Below, piece after piece: positions 1-10,000 of a stretch of DNA of 64,000 bases. How positions within the stretch are numbered: position 1 is the first letter of the stretch; each line of letters opens with the position of its first letter. Below the pieces are notes generated by a model, which saw nothing but the letters and a program-made list of their open reading frames with translations, had not been told where the DNA came from and did not search any database. The DNA comes from a virus: the IMG/VR virus record IMGVR_UViG_3300031413_000003, positions 32,001 to 96,000 of that record. One strand, given 5' to 3'. The position numbers and the translations under genes are program-made.

Positions 1-22
1 TAGAGTTTAACATGCGTGTCCC

Positions 23-196
23 TTACTTCGGCAGGTTTTGAATACGAGAGTTAATGGCTTTGCTGATCTTTTCATCCTGAATAGCAGGATCCAGTGGAGC
101 GATGTGCTCCCAGCCCAGTTTGTGAATTGCTTTCTTGGTCAGTTGAGTGACGATAGCAATTGCGACAACGTTCTTTACAAAAGACGAGTTGCTCAT
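23..196 (-). CDS. Small hypothetical protein, 57 aa (MSNSSFVKNVVAIAIVTQLTKKAIHKLGWEHIAPLDPAIQDEKISKAINSRIQNLPK); absent from the ORF track
   Basis: Hand-translated. ATG at 196 overlaps the endolysin TGA (ATGA coupling); TAA at 23-25; a further ATG at 13 preceded by AAGGGA runs off the window edge. Confidence 0.7.
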   Translation of the reverse strand: MSNSSFVKNVVAIAIVTQLTKKAIHKLGWEHIAPLDPAIQDEKISKAINSRIQNLPK

Positions 197-1062
197 GGTT
201 TGACGTTCCTGTTGATGAGCTGCATGCCTTCATAATAAGAGGCATAAATGCGAGCAGAGATTTCAGCGATGGTAATAACACCATCACGGTTAATGTCCAG
301 ACCGTTGTTCTGGGTATAGCCCTTGGTGCCCTTTTCGAAGATCTTTTCGTTAGGCGCATGACCAATGGCTTTCGGGTAAAACACACTGAGATAGAAATCA
401 TCCAGGCGCTTAAAGATCCCGTATTGTTTCTGACGCATGTCAAAGTACTTGAACACGTACTGGAGTTGATCCATCTGCGACATTGCCGCTAATGCTTCAA
501 CTGTTGTGCCCAGGTCGCTGGCAGCAGGACGCATGAACTGCAGCAGTCCAAATGCCTGTGCACCGGCCATGTTCTGAATGTCAGGACGGAATGTACCCGC
601 AGACTCAAAGCCCATACAACCCATTGCACAATGCGCGCCAATCCAGCCCAGACCACGACTGTCAGCCCAGTTCTTCACCGCTTGAGTGAAATCAGTAGAA
701 ACACGCTTGCTCCAGCAGAGATCCCACTCTGGCAGACCTTTGTCCTGACGGTACTCTTTGTTAATGGTGTAGAACGCCAGGGAAGTCCCGTCGCCATACA
801 AACCATCCGCACGTCCTTTATAAAGACCGAGCGCAGTAAGTGCCGTTTGGATATTTGTTAAGATTTGATCTGGGGCAGAGGAGGGAACAAGTCCCCCCAC
901 CGAACCACTCACGCCACGCTTTTGTGCAGCGGTAGTGAGCAGCAAGTTGACAGCATCCGTGCTGCCTTGACCCCAGACGCCATCAATTCGACCGTTGTAC
1001 AAGCGTGACTCAGCCAGTCCCACTTGTAGATCTTTAATTGCATTGACGCCGGAATTAATCAT
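193..1062 (-). CDS. Modular endolysin: two peptidoglycan-binding repeats plus lysozyme/transglycosylase-like domain (EL188-like architecture)
   Basis: PG-binding repeats LQVGLAESRLYNGRIDGVWG and IQTALTALGLYKGRADGLYG; lysozyme-fold motifs MGFES and AFGLLQF; lies directly downstream of the virion RNAP beta gene as in EL/OBP. Confidence 0.85.
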   Translation of the reverse strand: MINSGVNAIKDLQVGLAESRLYNGRIDGVWGQGSTDAVNLLLTTAAQKRGVSGSVGGLVPSSAPDQILTNIQTALTALGLYKGRADGLYGDGTSLAFYTINKEYRQDKGLPEWDLCWSKRVSTDFTQAVKNWADSRGLGWIGAHCAMGCMGFESAGTFRPDIQNMAGAQAFGLLQFMRPAASDLGTTVEALAAMSQMDQLQYVFKYFDMRQKQYGIFKRLDDFYLSVFYPKAIGHAPNEKIFEKGTKGYTQNNGLDINRDGVITIAEISARIYASYYEGMQLINRNVKP

Positions 1063-1063
1063 T

Positions 1064-4000
1064 TTACACTTTTCCTCTATAGATGTTGATGAACTGGTCT
1101 TTAACTCCGTAACAGTACTCGGTTAAGCACGCTTTATTCCGCAAGCTGATAACCATACGCTTGAACATTGACTTGAAGCTGAACTTCAGTGGTACAGGGC
1201 GACCATCTTCGGTGTGCATCTGGCGCGGTACAATGTGTCCTACGGTTCCCTTCATCTGGTTACCGTAAACAAATTTATCCGATACCGTTGCTGCACTCAG
1301 ACCTTCAACGTAAATACTGATGCGAACACGTCCATAAGGAATGCTCGGCTTCTTCACATTGATGCCTGTACCGACACGGTTGTTCTGTGCACCTTTGCCC
1401 AGGAAACCGGTTAAGTCTCTGCGCTTCTTGTCGTGCTCACGTACCAGTTTCTTCACAGAGTCGCTCATCTCATCTTCCACAGCATTATACGCAACTTCAA
1501 TTGCGATAACTTCTCCGGCGTAGGAAGATTTGATTTGCTTAATACCCGCTCGGTTAATTTCGTTGAGGACATCGTCGTCGCTTTCAAAGCTGTCGACATA
1601 GCTATCCAAAACTTCGCATAAAATCGAGTCGAACTCAACTTTATCACCTACCTTGCGGCGAATCTTAATAGTCTCACCTGCATCAACAAAGAAGGTGAAC
1701 TCTTTTGGCACCGGAGTAACGAACTCTTCAGCCAGTCCGCTCCAGAACTCCATGGAGTCTTCGTATACCGTTTGGTCTTCCATGAAAGCAGCGCGCGTCA
1801 TGCGTCCAGTCTTCACAGATACCTGACCAGGACAGTAAGGGTCTTTGGCAAACCACTCTTCGTCCCAGGCTAATACTTCACCTGCGGTAAACGTTTTTCC
1901 TTCCTTCATGTCTGTGACTAACGTGTGACGGTAGACTTCACCATCTGCACGCCCCAGCTTCAGCCCCAATTCACAGCTGTCTGTGGTACCGTCTTCATAC
2001 TGCACGGTTAACCCCAGTTCAGAGATCTTAACGATCTTACCTGCCTTCTTCGCGACCTTGGCAAAGGTTGGACCTAAGCGGTGAGCAAAGATATTATCCT
2101 GGCCGGTACGAACGATGTTTGGAGTGTAGTTACGCGCAGAGATCGCATGACTACTCTGAATACTGGCGAATGATGAACGTTTCGGGTCATCAAGACACGT
2201 ACCGTATTTCAGGTTACCGATAGAGGACAACAGTTGACTGTCATGGGAACCTTCTTTGGTGTCCACTGCACCACGGAAGTCAGCAACGCGCGGATCACTT
2301 ACGGTGTAGCCTACAAAGCCTACTTTACCGTTGTCCTTGTTTGCTTCCCCGATCACACCTTTATAAGACTTCAGCTGACCACGTGTGCGTTTCAGCATGG
2401 TCTGTTCATCACGACCCTTGAAACCACCAAAGGTAATGTCTTCTTGAGACTTCGTGACGTGGAAAGGCGACATCTCTTTTACCAAGGCAGCAGAACTGTC
2501 GGTAATGATGTTCGTGATCACAGCCTGCGGGTTAAGGTCAAACGTCTGGTTGCCTGTTTCTGTCTTGTTCTTGAACTGGCGGTTACTCTTACACAGTTCA
2601 GAATAGATGTGACTGACAAAACGTTCGTAGCCCACAATCAACTGTTCATCAAGCTCGACCTCATGGGTAGTGAAGTCATTCAACAGCAGTTTGATAGCGT
2701 CAATTAACAAGTAGTGGAAACTTACGCTGTAGCCCATGTTGCGCAAACGAACTTTGGTAATCGGATCAATGAAGAGATCGAACATGTTCTTCATTTCATT
2801 AAAGTGCTGCGGACGCACCTTAGGGTCTGCCATTAACGGCACCCACACGCCACGACTGTTGAGGTCACTGCGTGAAAAGTTCACCATATTAGACAGTTTG
2901 GCCATGCCACCGAATACCAGAGAAGCAATGCCTTCGCGTTTGCTGAATACCAGCATCTCGTCATTGAAGTTCAACGAGAACTCATCACCTTCTAACTTGT
3001 AGCGCTGACCTGCTGGAATGGTCCGGTAAGTTGGACGTAACACTTTCAGCAGTTTGTCAATACCGAAGTAGTAACACAGCACCACACCCGCCGGGAACTT
3101 ATAACCGTTGACGTTGATCACTGCATGCTCGATAGGAAGCTTGCCTGCATCAACACCCACCAGTTCCTCAAACGACCCCATCGCTGTTCCGTCAAGATAG
3201 ACCACACCAAAGGTATCAATGGTCATGGGTTTCCCACGGTACTCACCCACCGGCCAGCTGGTTTCCTTCTTCAAGGATTTCCACTCAGGGCGCTTTTCAA
3301 TCAGGGCGTCAGTATCAAAGTTGAATTCTAATCCATGTGGATCATCATTGACTTTGATCATGCGGTATTTACGGTTCAGCATGGTGACATAACGCGGACA
3401 CTTGATGCTACGGTCGATCAAGTTGGCGTTGCTTACTGTGAGCTTTTTGGCTTCAGACAACAGGGCAATCTGACGAATCAGTTTGCTGCCGTAGTTATCT
3501 GCTTCCATCTCACTGCGCGTGACGTTGACTTTCTTATCGTAATAAGAGGTCAGAACCACACGGCTTTCATTGATCTTACGAATCGGTTTCTCGATACGCT
3601 GGAACTGGAAGTACTGCTTAACGCCGTCTACCAAGAACTCACCGTGCTCGTCTACCGTAGGAATTGGGAACGTACGGACCGCAGGCTTACCTTTAACCGG
3701 CATCAGCTGCATGCGCAGAACCTGATAGCTTCCCTCGATATCATCAACCTGATCGATTGCATAGTCGCTGATAATGATACCGGCGTTCTGCAAGTTCAGC
3801 ACGGCTGCTGCGATATCACGGTGCATGAACTTCTTCGCATAGTCGTTACGCAAAGACACCACACGTTGACGCAGCATGGTTTTGTCCAGTACCGTTGGGA
3901 AGTCACCCTGGATGTGTCCACCCACGTCCTTGAGTTCTTCTTCAGGGATATGGATAAACTCTTCCATGGTCTGGCCGTTAGGCATCGCGATCTTCTGGAA

Positions 4001-5434
4001 GCTTTTGGCTTTCTCTTCGTAATAAGCTTTCTGACGAACAGTCAGTGTACCTTCACGCGCCATCTCTTCCAGGGCCAGGTTAATACCCGAAGTGGGCGTA
4101 TCAAAGACATCCTTAATCGTACTGATGGCTTCGCTAACAACAGCAGGTTCCAGGATGTGATCATCAATCGGACTCAACCAATCGAGTTCTACTTGCTCAC
4201 CTTCTCCGCTTCCAACTTCAACGCCGGGTTCTGTTCCATCTGCCGCAGACGCTCCTGCTGCTGCTCCCGGTACTCCCATTGTGCCTGCTGCATCATGCGT
4301 GCTTCCCGCAGCTCCATTGGTTCCTGATGACTGAGCAGAATCTTTTTTACCAGACCTGAAAAGATCGACAAGATCAACATAGTCAGGAGTAGCTTCTTCA
4401 GACTCATTCGCGCTAGCTTGGCTTTGACCAGGGCGTCCGGATTGTGCTTTATTTTCTCCAGTGCTATCGTCCGTAGGAGTTCCCGCTCCTTCAGCCAGTT
4501 CTCCACTGATTTGTTCTTCATTGCTCTGCTCCAGCGCAGCATCCGCTGAAGAACCGTTAACCAGGTTAATCAAATCAAGATAAATACGTTTAACCGCATT
4601 ATCGATCTTGTTAGGTTTGTCCCAGATCGGTTCCAGCCAGGATAAAAGTAGACCCGCATTAATGATCCACACACGGCTATTTGAGCAGAACATGAACTGG
4701 ACGTTGTTGAGCGTATCCCGGTCCAAATGTGCAAACAGTGTGTGTTCCTTATCACCACGCAGCCATAACAGTAAGTCGAGCAGCCAGTAGCAGTTCTCTG
4801 CCTTGGTTGAGCGAAGTACCGTGTTGTCGACGTGCGGCTTTCCATCCTTGAATGATTTTGCGTAGCGAACCGTATCTTCTCTTAACAGCTTGAAACTCGG
4901 CATGTTAACAGGTAAATCAAAACGCACAAACTGCTGACGCTGCTTGTAGCTCTGACCCGTTTCGTTAATGCTGTTGATCAGCAGGTTCATGGCGTTATAA
5001 GACTTAACGAAGTTCAGGAACAGGTTAGCCGTATAACGGAATGTACGAAACGCGAGTGCATGGTTCTGCACCACGAGATACTTTTCTTGACGATAGGCAA
5101 AGCTAAGATCCTTTTGCCACTTGTACTGATAAAAGCGGTTACGGTAAAACTTGATTGCAGGCGCCAAGTTGAAGTTGACGTTATGACCCGCACCCAACAC
5201 AGGAGAGAAACCCATGCGGAAATCAATGTAGGTGTCACCAGGGTAGTTACTGATGAAACCTTCGGGATAGCCCGGGCCGTCATCCTGTTCATGCTGAGGC
5301 ATGTAATGAATGATCGACCCTTTAGGCAGCACAACATCGCCCACAGCGTGATAGCGTGGTGACAGCAGATCGTTTTTCTTGCGCATAACAAACGCACGAT
5401 AAAACTCACTGTAGGTATGTAAACGTTGGGTCAT
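1064..5434 (-). CDS. Virion RNA polymerase beta-like subunit, large N-terminal part (phiKZ gp178-like)
   Basis: 1456 aa; beta-type motifs GEFLVDG, DDPKRSSFASIQSSH, YEDS and DKFVYGNQMKGTVG (GDKxxGRHGNKG equivalent); synteny with beta' and tape measure. Confidence 0.9.
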   Translation of the reverse strand: MTQRLHTYSEFYRAFVMRKKNDLLSPRYHAVGDVVLPKGSIIHYMPQHEQDDGPGYPEGFISNYPGDTYIDFRMGFSPVLGAGHNVNFNLAPAIKFYRNRFYQYKWQKDLSFAYRQEKYLVVQNHALAFRTFRYTANLFLNFVKSYNAMNLLINSINETGQSYKQRQQFVRFDLPVNMPSFKLLREDTVRYAKSFKDGKPHVDNTVLRSTKAENCYWLLDLLLWLRGDKEHTLFAHLDRDTLNNVQFMFCSNSRVWIINAGLLLSWLEPIWDKPNKIDNAVKRIYLDLINLVNGSSADAALEQSNEEQISGELAEGAGTPTDDSTGENKAQSGRPGQSQASANESEEATPDYVDLVDLFRSGKKDSAQSSGTNGAAGSTHDAAGTMGVPGAAAGASAADGTEPGVEVGSGEGEQVELDWLSPIDDHILEPAVVSEAISTIKDVFDTPTSGINLALEEMAREGTLTVRQKAYYEEKAKSFQKIAMPNGQTMEEFIHIPEEELKDVGGHIQGDFPTVLDKTMLRQRVVSLRNDYAKKFMHRDIAAAVLNLQNAGIIISDYAIDQVDDIEGSYQVLRMQLMPVKGKPAVRTFPIPTVDEHGEFLVDGVKQYFQFQRIEKPIRKINESRVVLTSYYDKKVNVTRSEMEADNYGSKLIRQIALLSEAKKLTVSNANLIDRSIKCPRYVTMLNRKYRMIKVNDDPHGLEFNFDTDALIEKRPEWKSLKKETSWPVGEYRGKPMTIDTFGVVYLDGTAMGSFEELVGVDAGKLPIEHAVINVNGYKFPAGVVLCYYFGIDKLLKVLRPTYRTIPAGQRYKLEGDEFSLNFNDEMLVFSKREGIASLVFGGMAKLSNMVNFSRSDLNSRGVWVPLMADPKVRPQHFNEMKNMFDLFIDPITKVRLRNMGYSVSFHYLLIDAIKLLLNDFTTHEVELDEQLIVGYERFVSHIYSELCKSNRQFKNKTETGNQTFDLNPQAVITNIITDSSAALVKEMSPFHVTKSQEDITFGGFKGRDEQTMLKRTRGQLKSYKGVIGEANKDNGKVGFVGYTVSDPRVADFRGAVDTKEGSHDSQLLSSIGNLKYGTCLDDPKRSSFASIQSSHAISARNYTPNIVRTGQDNIFAHRLGPTFAKVAKKAGKIVKISELGLTVQYEDGTTDSCELGLKLGRADGEVYRHTLVTDMKEGKTFTAGEVLAWDEEWFAKDPYCPGQVSVKTGRMTRAAFMEDQTVYEDSMEFWSGLAEEFVTPVPKEFTFFVDAGETIKIRRKVGDKVEFDSILCEVLDSYVDSFESDDDVLNEINRAGIKQIKSSYAGEVIAIEVAYNAVEDEMSDSVKKLVREHDKKRRDLTGFLGKGAQNNRVGTGINVKKPSIPYGRVRISIYVEGLSAATVSDKFVYGNQMKGTVGHIVPRQMHTEDGRPVPLKFSFKSMFKRMVISLRNKACLTEYCYGVKDQFINIYRGKV

Positions 5435-7056
5435 GATTTCAATCCACTGGTCGCTGCTTTCAAGAGGAACAATAAAGGTTCTGAAAGCGGGTCATAAAGG
5501 AACTCACCACTACCGTCAATGTAGTAGTCACGACGACCGAACAACGCACGCACCTCGGCTTTACTTTCCTCACCGCACAAACCGTTGCAACCTAACTGGT
5601 CACCATCGTGGTCCGCATCAAGTGGGGATACACGAGTAGGGTCGACTGACAAGGAGTCAAAGAAGTCAACACGGTCTGCTTTATGAGGATAGTTGTTAAC
5701 CCGGAAGAGCTTCTCTCCGTAAGGCGACACAATATCGCGGGGCTTGGCACCCTGTATCGTCTTTAAGTTAACATAGCTCGGATAGATGGAGCCGATACCG
5801 ATGATAGGGTAACGTGTTTGCTGCATCATGTTGGAGGTGATGGCATTGTGACAGTAAATATAGAAAAGCTCCACATAGGTCATGGGAGTAACATATTTAC
5901 GGTCGCGGCCTTCGGGGAGTTCGTCGATATCGAACAGCACCATAACTTCATTGCCGTCATCGTAGACGAGGGCGACGTAGCATTTATTAATGGTGATGGG
6001 TTTAAAGCGCAGGTCCTGAGCCTTGAAGCCATTGAAGAGTTTCACCAAACCTTCCACCGTGGTCCACTTATCGATCACCGTAGCGTTCAGTTCTTCATAG
6101 GTATAACTCAGGGTTTTGGGATCAATCAGCTTGACGTTGTTGGAGCCCAAAGTAAACACATGCTCAATAAAGTTCTTCATGAGCGCATTAATGCACGAAT
6201 ACTGGAAGTTCATCAAGCCTTGATACATGCCGATATCTGAAGAGTTCGGGTTGACGCCGTCATCTTCATCCAGATCAGCGCGTGATACCTTACGAGCTGT
6301 CAGGATGTTACGTACACCACCGACTACACCACGCGTTGCCATCTTGCTCTGTAATGTACCGCCTTTCCCGTCCAGTGTTTCAAACAGGTAGTCGTCGATG
6401 GCATTAACAGAACTCTGGATGCCCCAACGCACGTTATCATACAGCGGGTTGTTTTCATCACCGGCAGGGATGTTCTGAACCGCACGCGTTTTAAACATCA
6501 ACTTTCTGTACAGTTCATTGAGTTCAGGTTCGACGACCTTGGTGGTATCACCAGAAGGCTGGAACTCAACATCACGCAAACCAGCAGGAATAACCAACAT
6601 GCGAGTATGGAGCGCGTAGTCAAACTTCTCTTTTACCAAAGTGATACGCTGCTTACGGCGTGGAGAGGAATTCTCTTTGGGATCCAGTTGACCGAAGTGT
6701 TGCATAAAGAAAGCAAAACCCGTTTGTCCGTCCAGGATGTTGGATTTTATGAAGTCTTTCTCGCTAGCGTCCCACACGGCATATGTCGCCCCTTTGATAA
6801 TTCCCAAATACAGGGATTTCAGCTTTACCAGGGCGTCGAAATAGGTGGGGTTAAAAATGGGCAAGTAGGTTCTGATAAACGCTTCCGTTGTGTCACGCTT
6901 ATCAGTGCCTACCCGACCGAAGATTTCCACAGAATACAATCCGTCAGGGTTTAAGTTCTGTGTCATCCCTTCAAAGCTGTCTGTGGACGATACCTCTCCG
7001 TACAGTCCAGGGACAATACTTTTCGGGTCTAATAAAGACACGTTAGTGGGTTTCAT
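5431..7056 (-). CDS. Virion RNA polymerase beta'-like catalytic subunit (phiKZ gp180-like)
   Basis: DGLYSVEIFG, VIPAGLRD, LDGKGG, RYP and catalytic DADHDGD (DxDGD); divergent from the tape measure gene. Confidence 0.9.
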   Translation of the reverse strand: MKPTNVSLLDPKSIVPGLYGEVSSTDSFEGMTQNLNPDGLYSVEIFGRVGTDKRDTTEAFIRTYLPIFNPTYFDALVKLKSLYLGIIKGATYAVWDASEKDFIKSNILDGQTGFAFFMQHFGQLDPKENSSPRRKQRITLVKEKFDYALHTRMLVIPAGLRDVEFQPSGDTTKVVEPELNELYRKLMFKTRAVQNIPAGDENNPLYDNVRWGIQSSVNAIDDYLFETLDGKGGTLQSKMATRGVVGGVRNILTARKVSRADLDEDDGVNPNSSDIGMYQGLMNFQYSCINALMKNFIEHVFTLGSNNVKLIDPKTLSYTYEELNATVIDKWTTVEGLVKLFNGFKAQDLRFKPITINKCYVALVYDDGNEVMVLFDIDELPEGRDRKYVTPMTYVELFYIYCHNAITSNMMQQTRYPIIGIGSIYPSYVNLKTIQGAKPRDIVSPYGEKLFRVNNYPHKADRVDFFDSLSVDPTRVSPLDADHDGDQLGCNGLCGEESKAEVRALFGRRDYYIDGSGEFLYDPLSEPLLFLLKAATSGLKS

Positions 7057-7080
7057 TAAAAACTCCTAAGAGGTTTTAGC

Positions 7081-10000
7081 ATGAGTGATAATTTTGGATT
7101 TGACGACCCCTTTGATGGAGATCTTAATTTCGATTCTGACTTTGATTCTGATAAAAAAGGGTCCAAGTTAAAATCGTTCGCCATAGGATTTCTGGGTGGG
7201 GCAAAAGATGCACTCGTCGGTAGCACTGATGCGAAACTGAAAACAGTTAAAATGGCACTTCCCGAGTCGTTTAACGGGACTTTCCAATTCATCAATGATA
7301 CACGGCGAATCGTTGCCGAACTCAAGGACGAGGTCAAAAGAGAGACTGCGGACTCCATGAGAGACTTGCAGTATCTCGTTGGTCAACAAGGTGATACATT
7401 AAAGTCTAAGCTCCCTAATGGGCTGTCTAACAAAATTGACGAGTTCTCCAAATACGACTTCTCTAACTGGGATAGTGGTGGTAGCTCGAGCAGTGATGAC
7501 AAGCCTACCATGGAACAGCCTACTGACCAGGATGTCGGTGATGTAGTTGAGGCTACACGTGCTGGGAGCTTGATGACAGCCACCGGGCTGAGAACCTTGG
7601 GCAAAGAGTTAACAGACGCCTTGGTTGTTACAGCGGGTGCGCAGAACGCCAATATGCAGGGTATTGCAGTTGGCGTGGCCAAGTCTAATGGTTACTTGAA
7701 ACAGATCGTTGATTATCACGTCAGGGTGCAGCAGCGCAATGACTCCATGAAGATCAACCTTCTTGCCCGTATTCATTTAACCAACGCCAAGTTCTACAAA
7801 TTCATGGAAGCGGCTAACCACAAGTTAATCTCTGAAATGAAGGACGTGGCGAAGTCCAGCAAGATGTCAGACTTCCAGAAAATGACCCTGGGAGATGAAG
7901 TCCGTAAACGTATTCGCGGTACGATGTTCAATACTGCGAGAAACGGCGCGGGTGGCATCATGGGCTTGATCAATGATCGCGTAGGTAAAGCGGCTCGTCA
8001 AAACGGTTACTACGGTTTAAGTAACCTCACCAGTCAGTTGTCTATGGTCGGTGGTATGACAGACGGGATGAGTTCACGTGATATGGCAGAGATGATCGGT
8101 AGCATGTTTGGTGGCGGTATGATGGATGCCTTGCCTCGCATGCTGAAAGGTCGTCAGGGCGACGCCATGCGGGCACGGTTCGCTAAGGCTTTCCCTGAAC
8201 TCTCCAAAAAGATCGGCAGTCGTTATGAGAAACTGAACACGGTAGGTCACCAGATGTCGTACGGCTTGAATAACCTCGAAGGGTTGTTTAATACGCTGAG
8301 TGCGAACTATCAGGGGGGTAACCTGTTTGGGGACGAAGAAGACGAGAACATGACGTACCAGGATTACAAAGCTTCTTTACCCCCGGGTGAAAAGGCGATG
8401 CCTGAGTTCGTGTGGAAGTCCATGCGTTGGGCCAAGAAGAATGCCAACAAAGGACTGGGTGTGGTGCTGGATAACACCTACGGTTCCAACAAAACCAAAT
8501 ATGACCTTCGTGGCCGTACCTACGCCGATGGATCTGAAGCCCACGTCTATACTCGTCAAACCGACCGCACTATTACCGAGATCATTCCTGCCTGGTTCTC
8601 CCGCATCCACCTCTCACTTGAGAAAATGCGTACCGGGAACAACAACCTGAAAGCAGAAACCTACGACTGGACCAAAGGCAAGTTCATCAGCGCCAAAGGT
8701 GCCAAGTCCATGGCAATGCGTGAGGTCTATGGTTCTCAGGTGTTGGGTAGTGCGGTGTACAGTTCCAAAGCTGCTGCAGATGTAATAGATGAAAAGGGTG
8801 CGCTGAGCGATAAAGCCAAACAGGAGTTAGGTTTCCAGCTGGCACGTAAATCAGACTCCGGTATGGGTTTCTCTCCTTATCATTTACTGAACCTGGAAAA
8901 GGACGGTGTGGATCCGAAGATTGCTGAAGAGATTCGTGCGATGGCACTGGAGAACTTTGGCATTACCCCGGAACAGATCGATCGTTTCCAAAACGGCAAC
9001 GACGCTGACCGTGCCAAGCTCTTGTCCATCATGCCGGGCAAAGGTGCGGCGTTAGCGAACAAAGCGTTACCGTACGTTACAGACATCAAGAACGGCATCT
9101 ACAACACCAACGACAACATCGACCGTCTCCGTAACTCAGGCCATTACCAAGCGTTACGTGATGCGGGTATCATCATCACCAAGAATGGACGCGAAGAGAT
9201 TGATGATGAAAAGATGTGGAAGATGTTCCGACTCCAGCAAACCGACGAGAACTTCGACAAGAAGCTTCGTGCTGAGCAGGAGAAAGGATATGACGTTGAG
9301 CAGGGTGACACGGTTAATCGTGCCGGTGGAACCACCAACAACACGACTAACAACAACTTCGGCGACTTGAATACCACACTGACTGAACTGAACCAGACAA
9401 TTAAGAATGGTGCAGGTAATGCAGGCGGTGGGGCAAATTACGGTCAGAGCCTGAGCTTGGTGAACACCCAGCTGGATAAGTTAATCACTATCCAAACCGG
9501 CCACACCGATATCTTCCAGAAGCTGTTGGAGAAACAACCCACCATCCTTCGTCGCAGCAAGAAAGAGCAGACGGAAGAAGAGCAGGGCAAGAAAACCCTG
9601 TTAGACCGTATCAAGGGCTTCTCGCCACGGAACATGTTTAATAAAGGTGTTGAAACCTTGTTGAACAATGAGCCACTGATACTGGGTGGATTGATTGGTG
9701 GTCTGGGTGCTTACGCACTGCATGATCCAAAAGCTGCCGCCTTGATTGGTGCAGGTGGATTAGCGGTAGCGGCGTATTCCAAGATCCGTTCTCTGAATTC
9801 ACAGCGTTTCGCTGACACCGAAGACCTGTATGAAAATCCAGGTGACGAAGAGCCGTTGCTGCGTGGTGAACGCTTACGTAATGGGGACTACTTCGACAGC
9901 GCTACCCGTAAGGTCCTCCAGACCTGGAATGACGTCACCAGTGCGATCATTGACAAAGCGGGTAACATTGTGGCGACTGCCCGTCAGTTAGCCCAGAAGC

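Noticed and set aside
3335-4327. 330-aa plus-strand ORF inside the RNAP beta gene
   Set aside because: Antisense shadow in codon register with the real gene; no SD or recognisable motif.
1064-7056. Introns, inteins or homing endonucleases in the RNAP genes
   Set aside because: Both ORFs are continuous, of the expected size, and show no intein ends or LAGLIDADG/HNH motifs.
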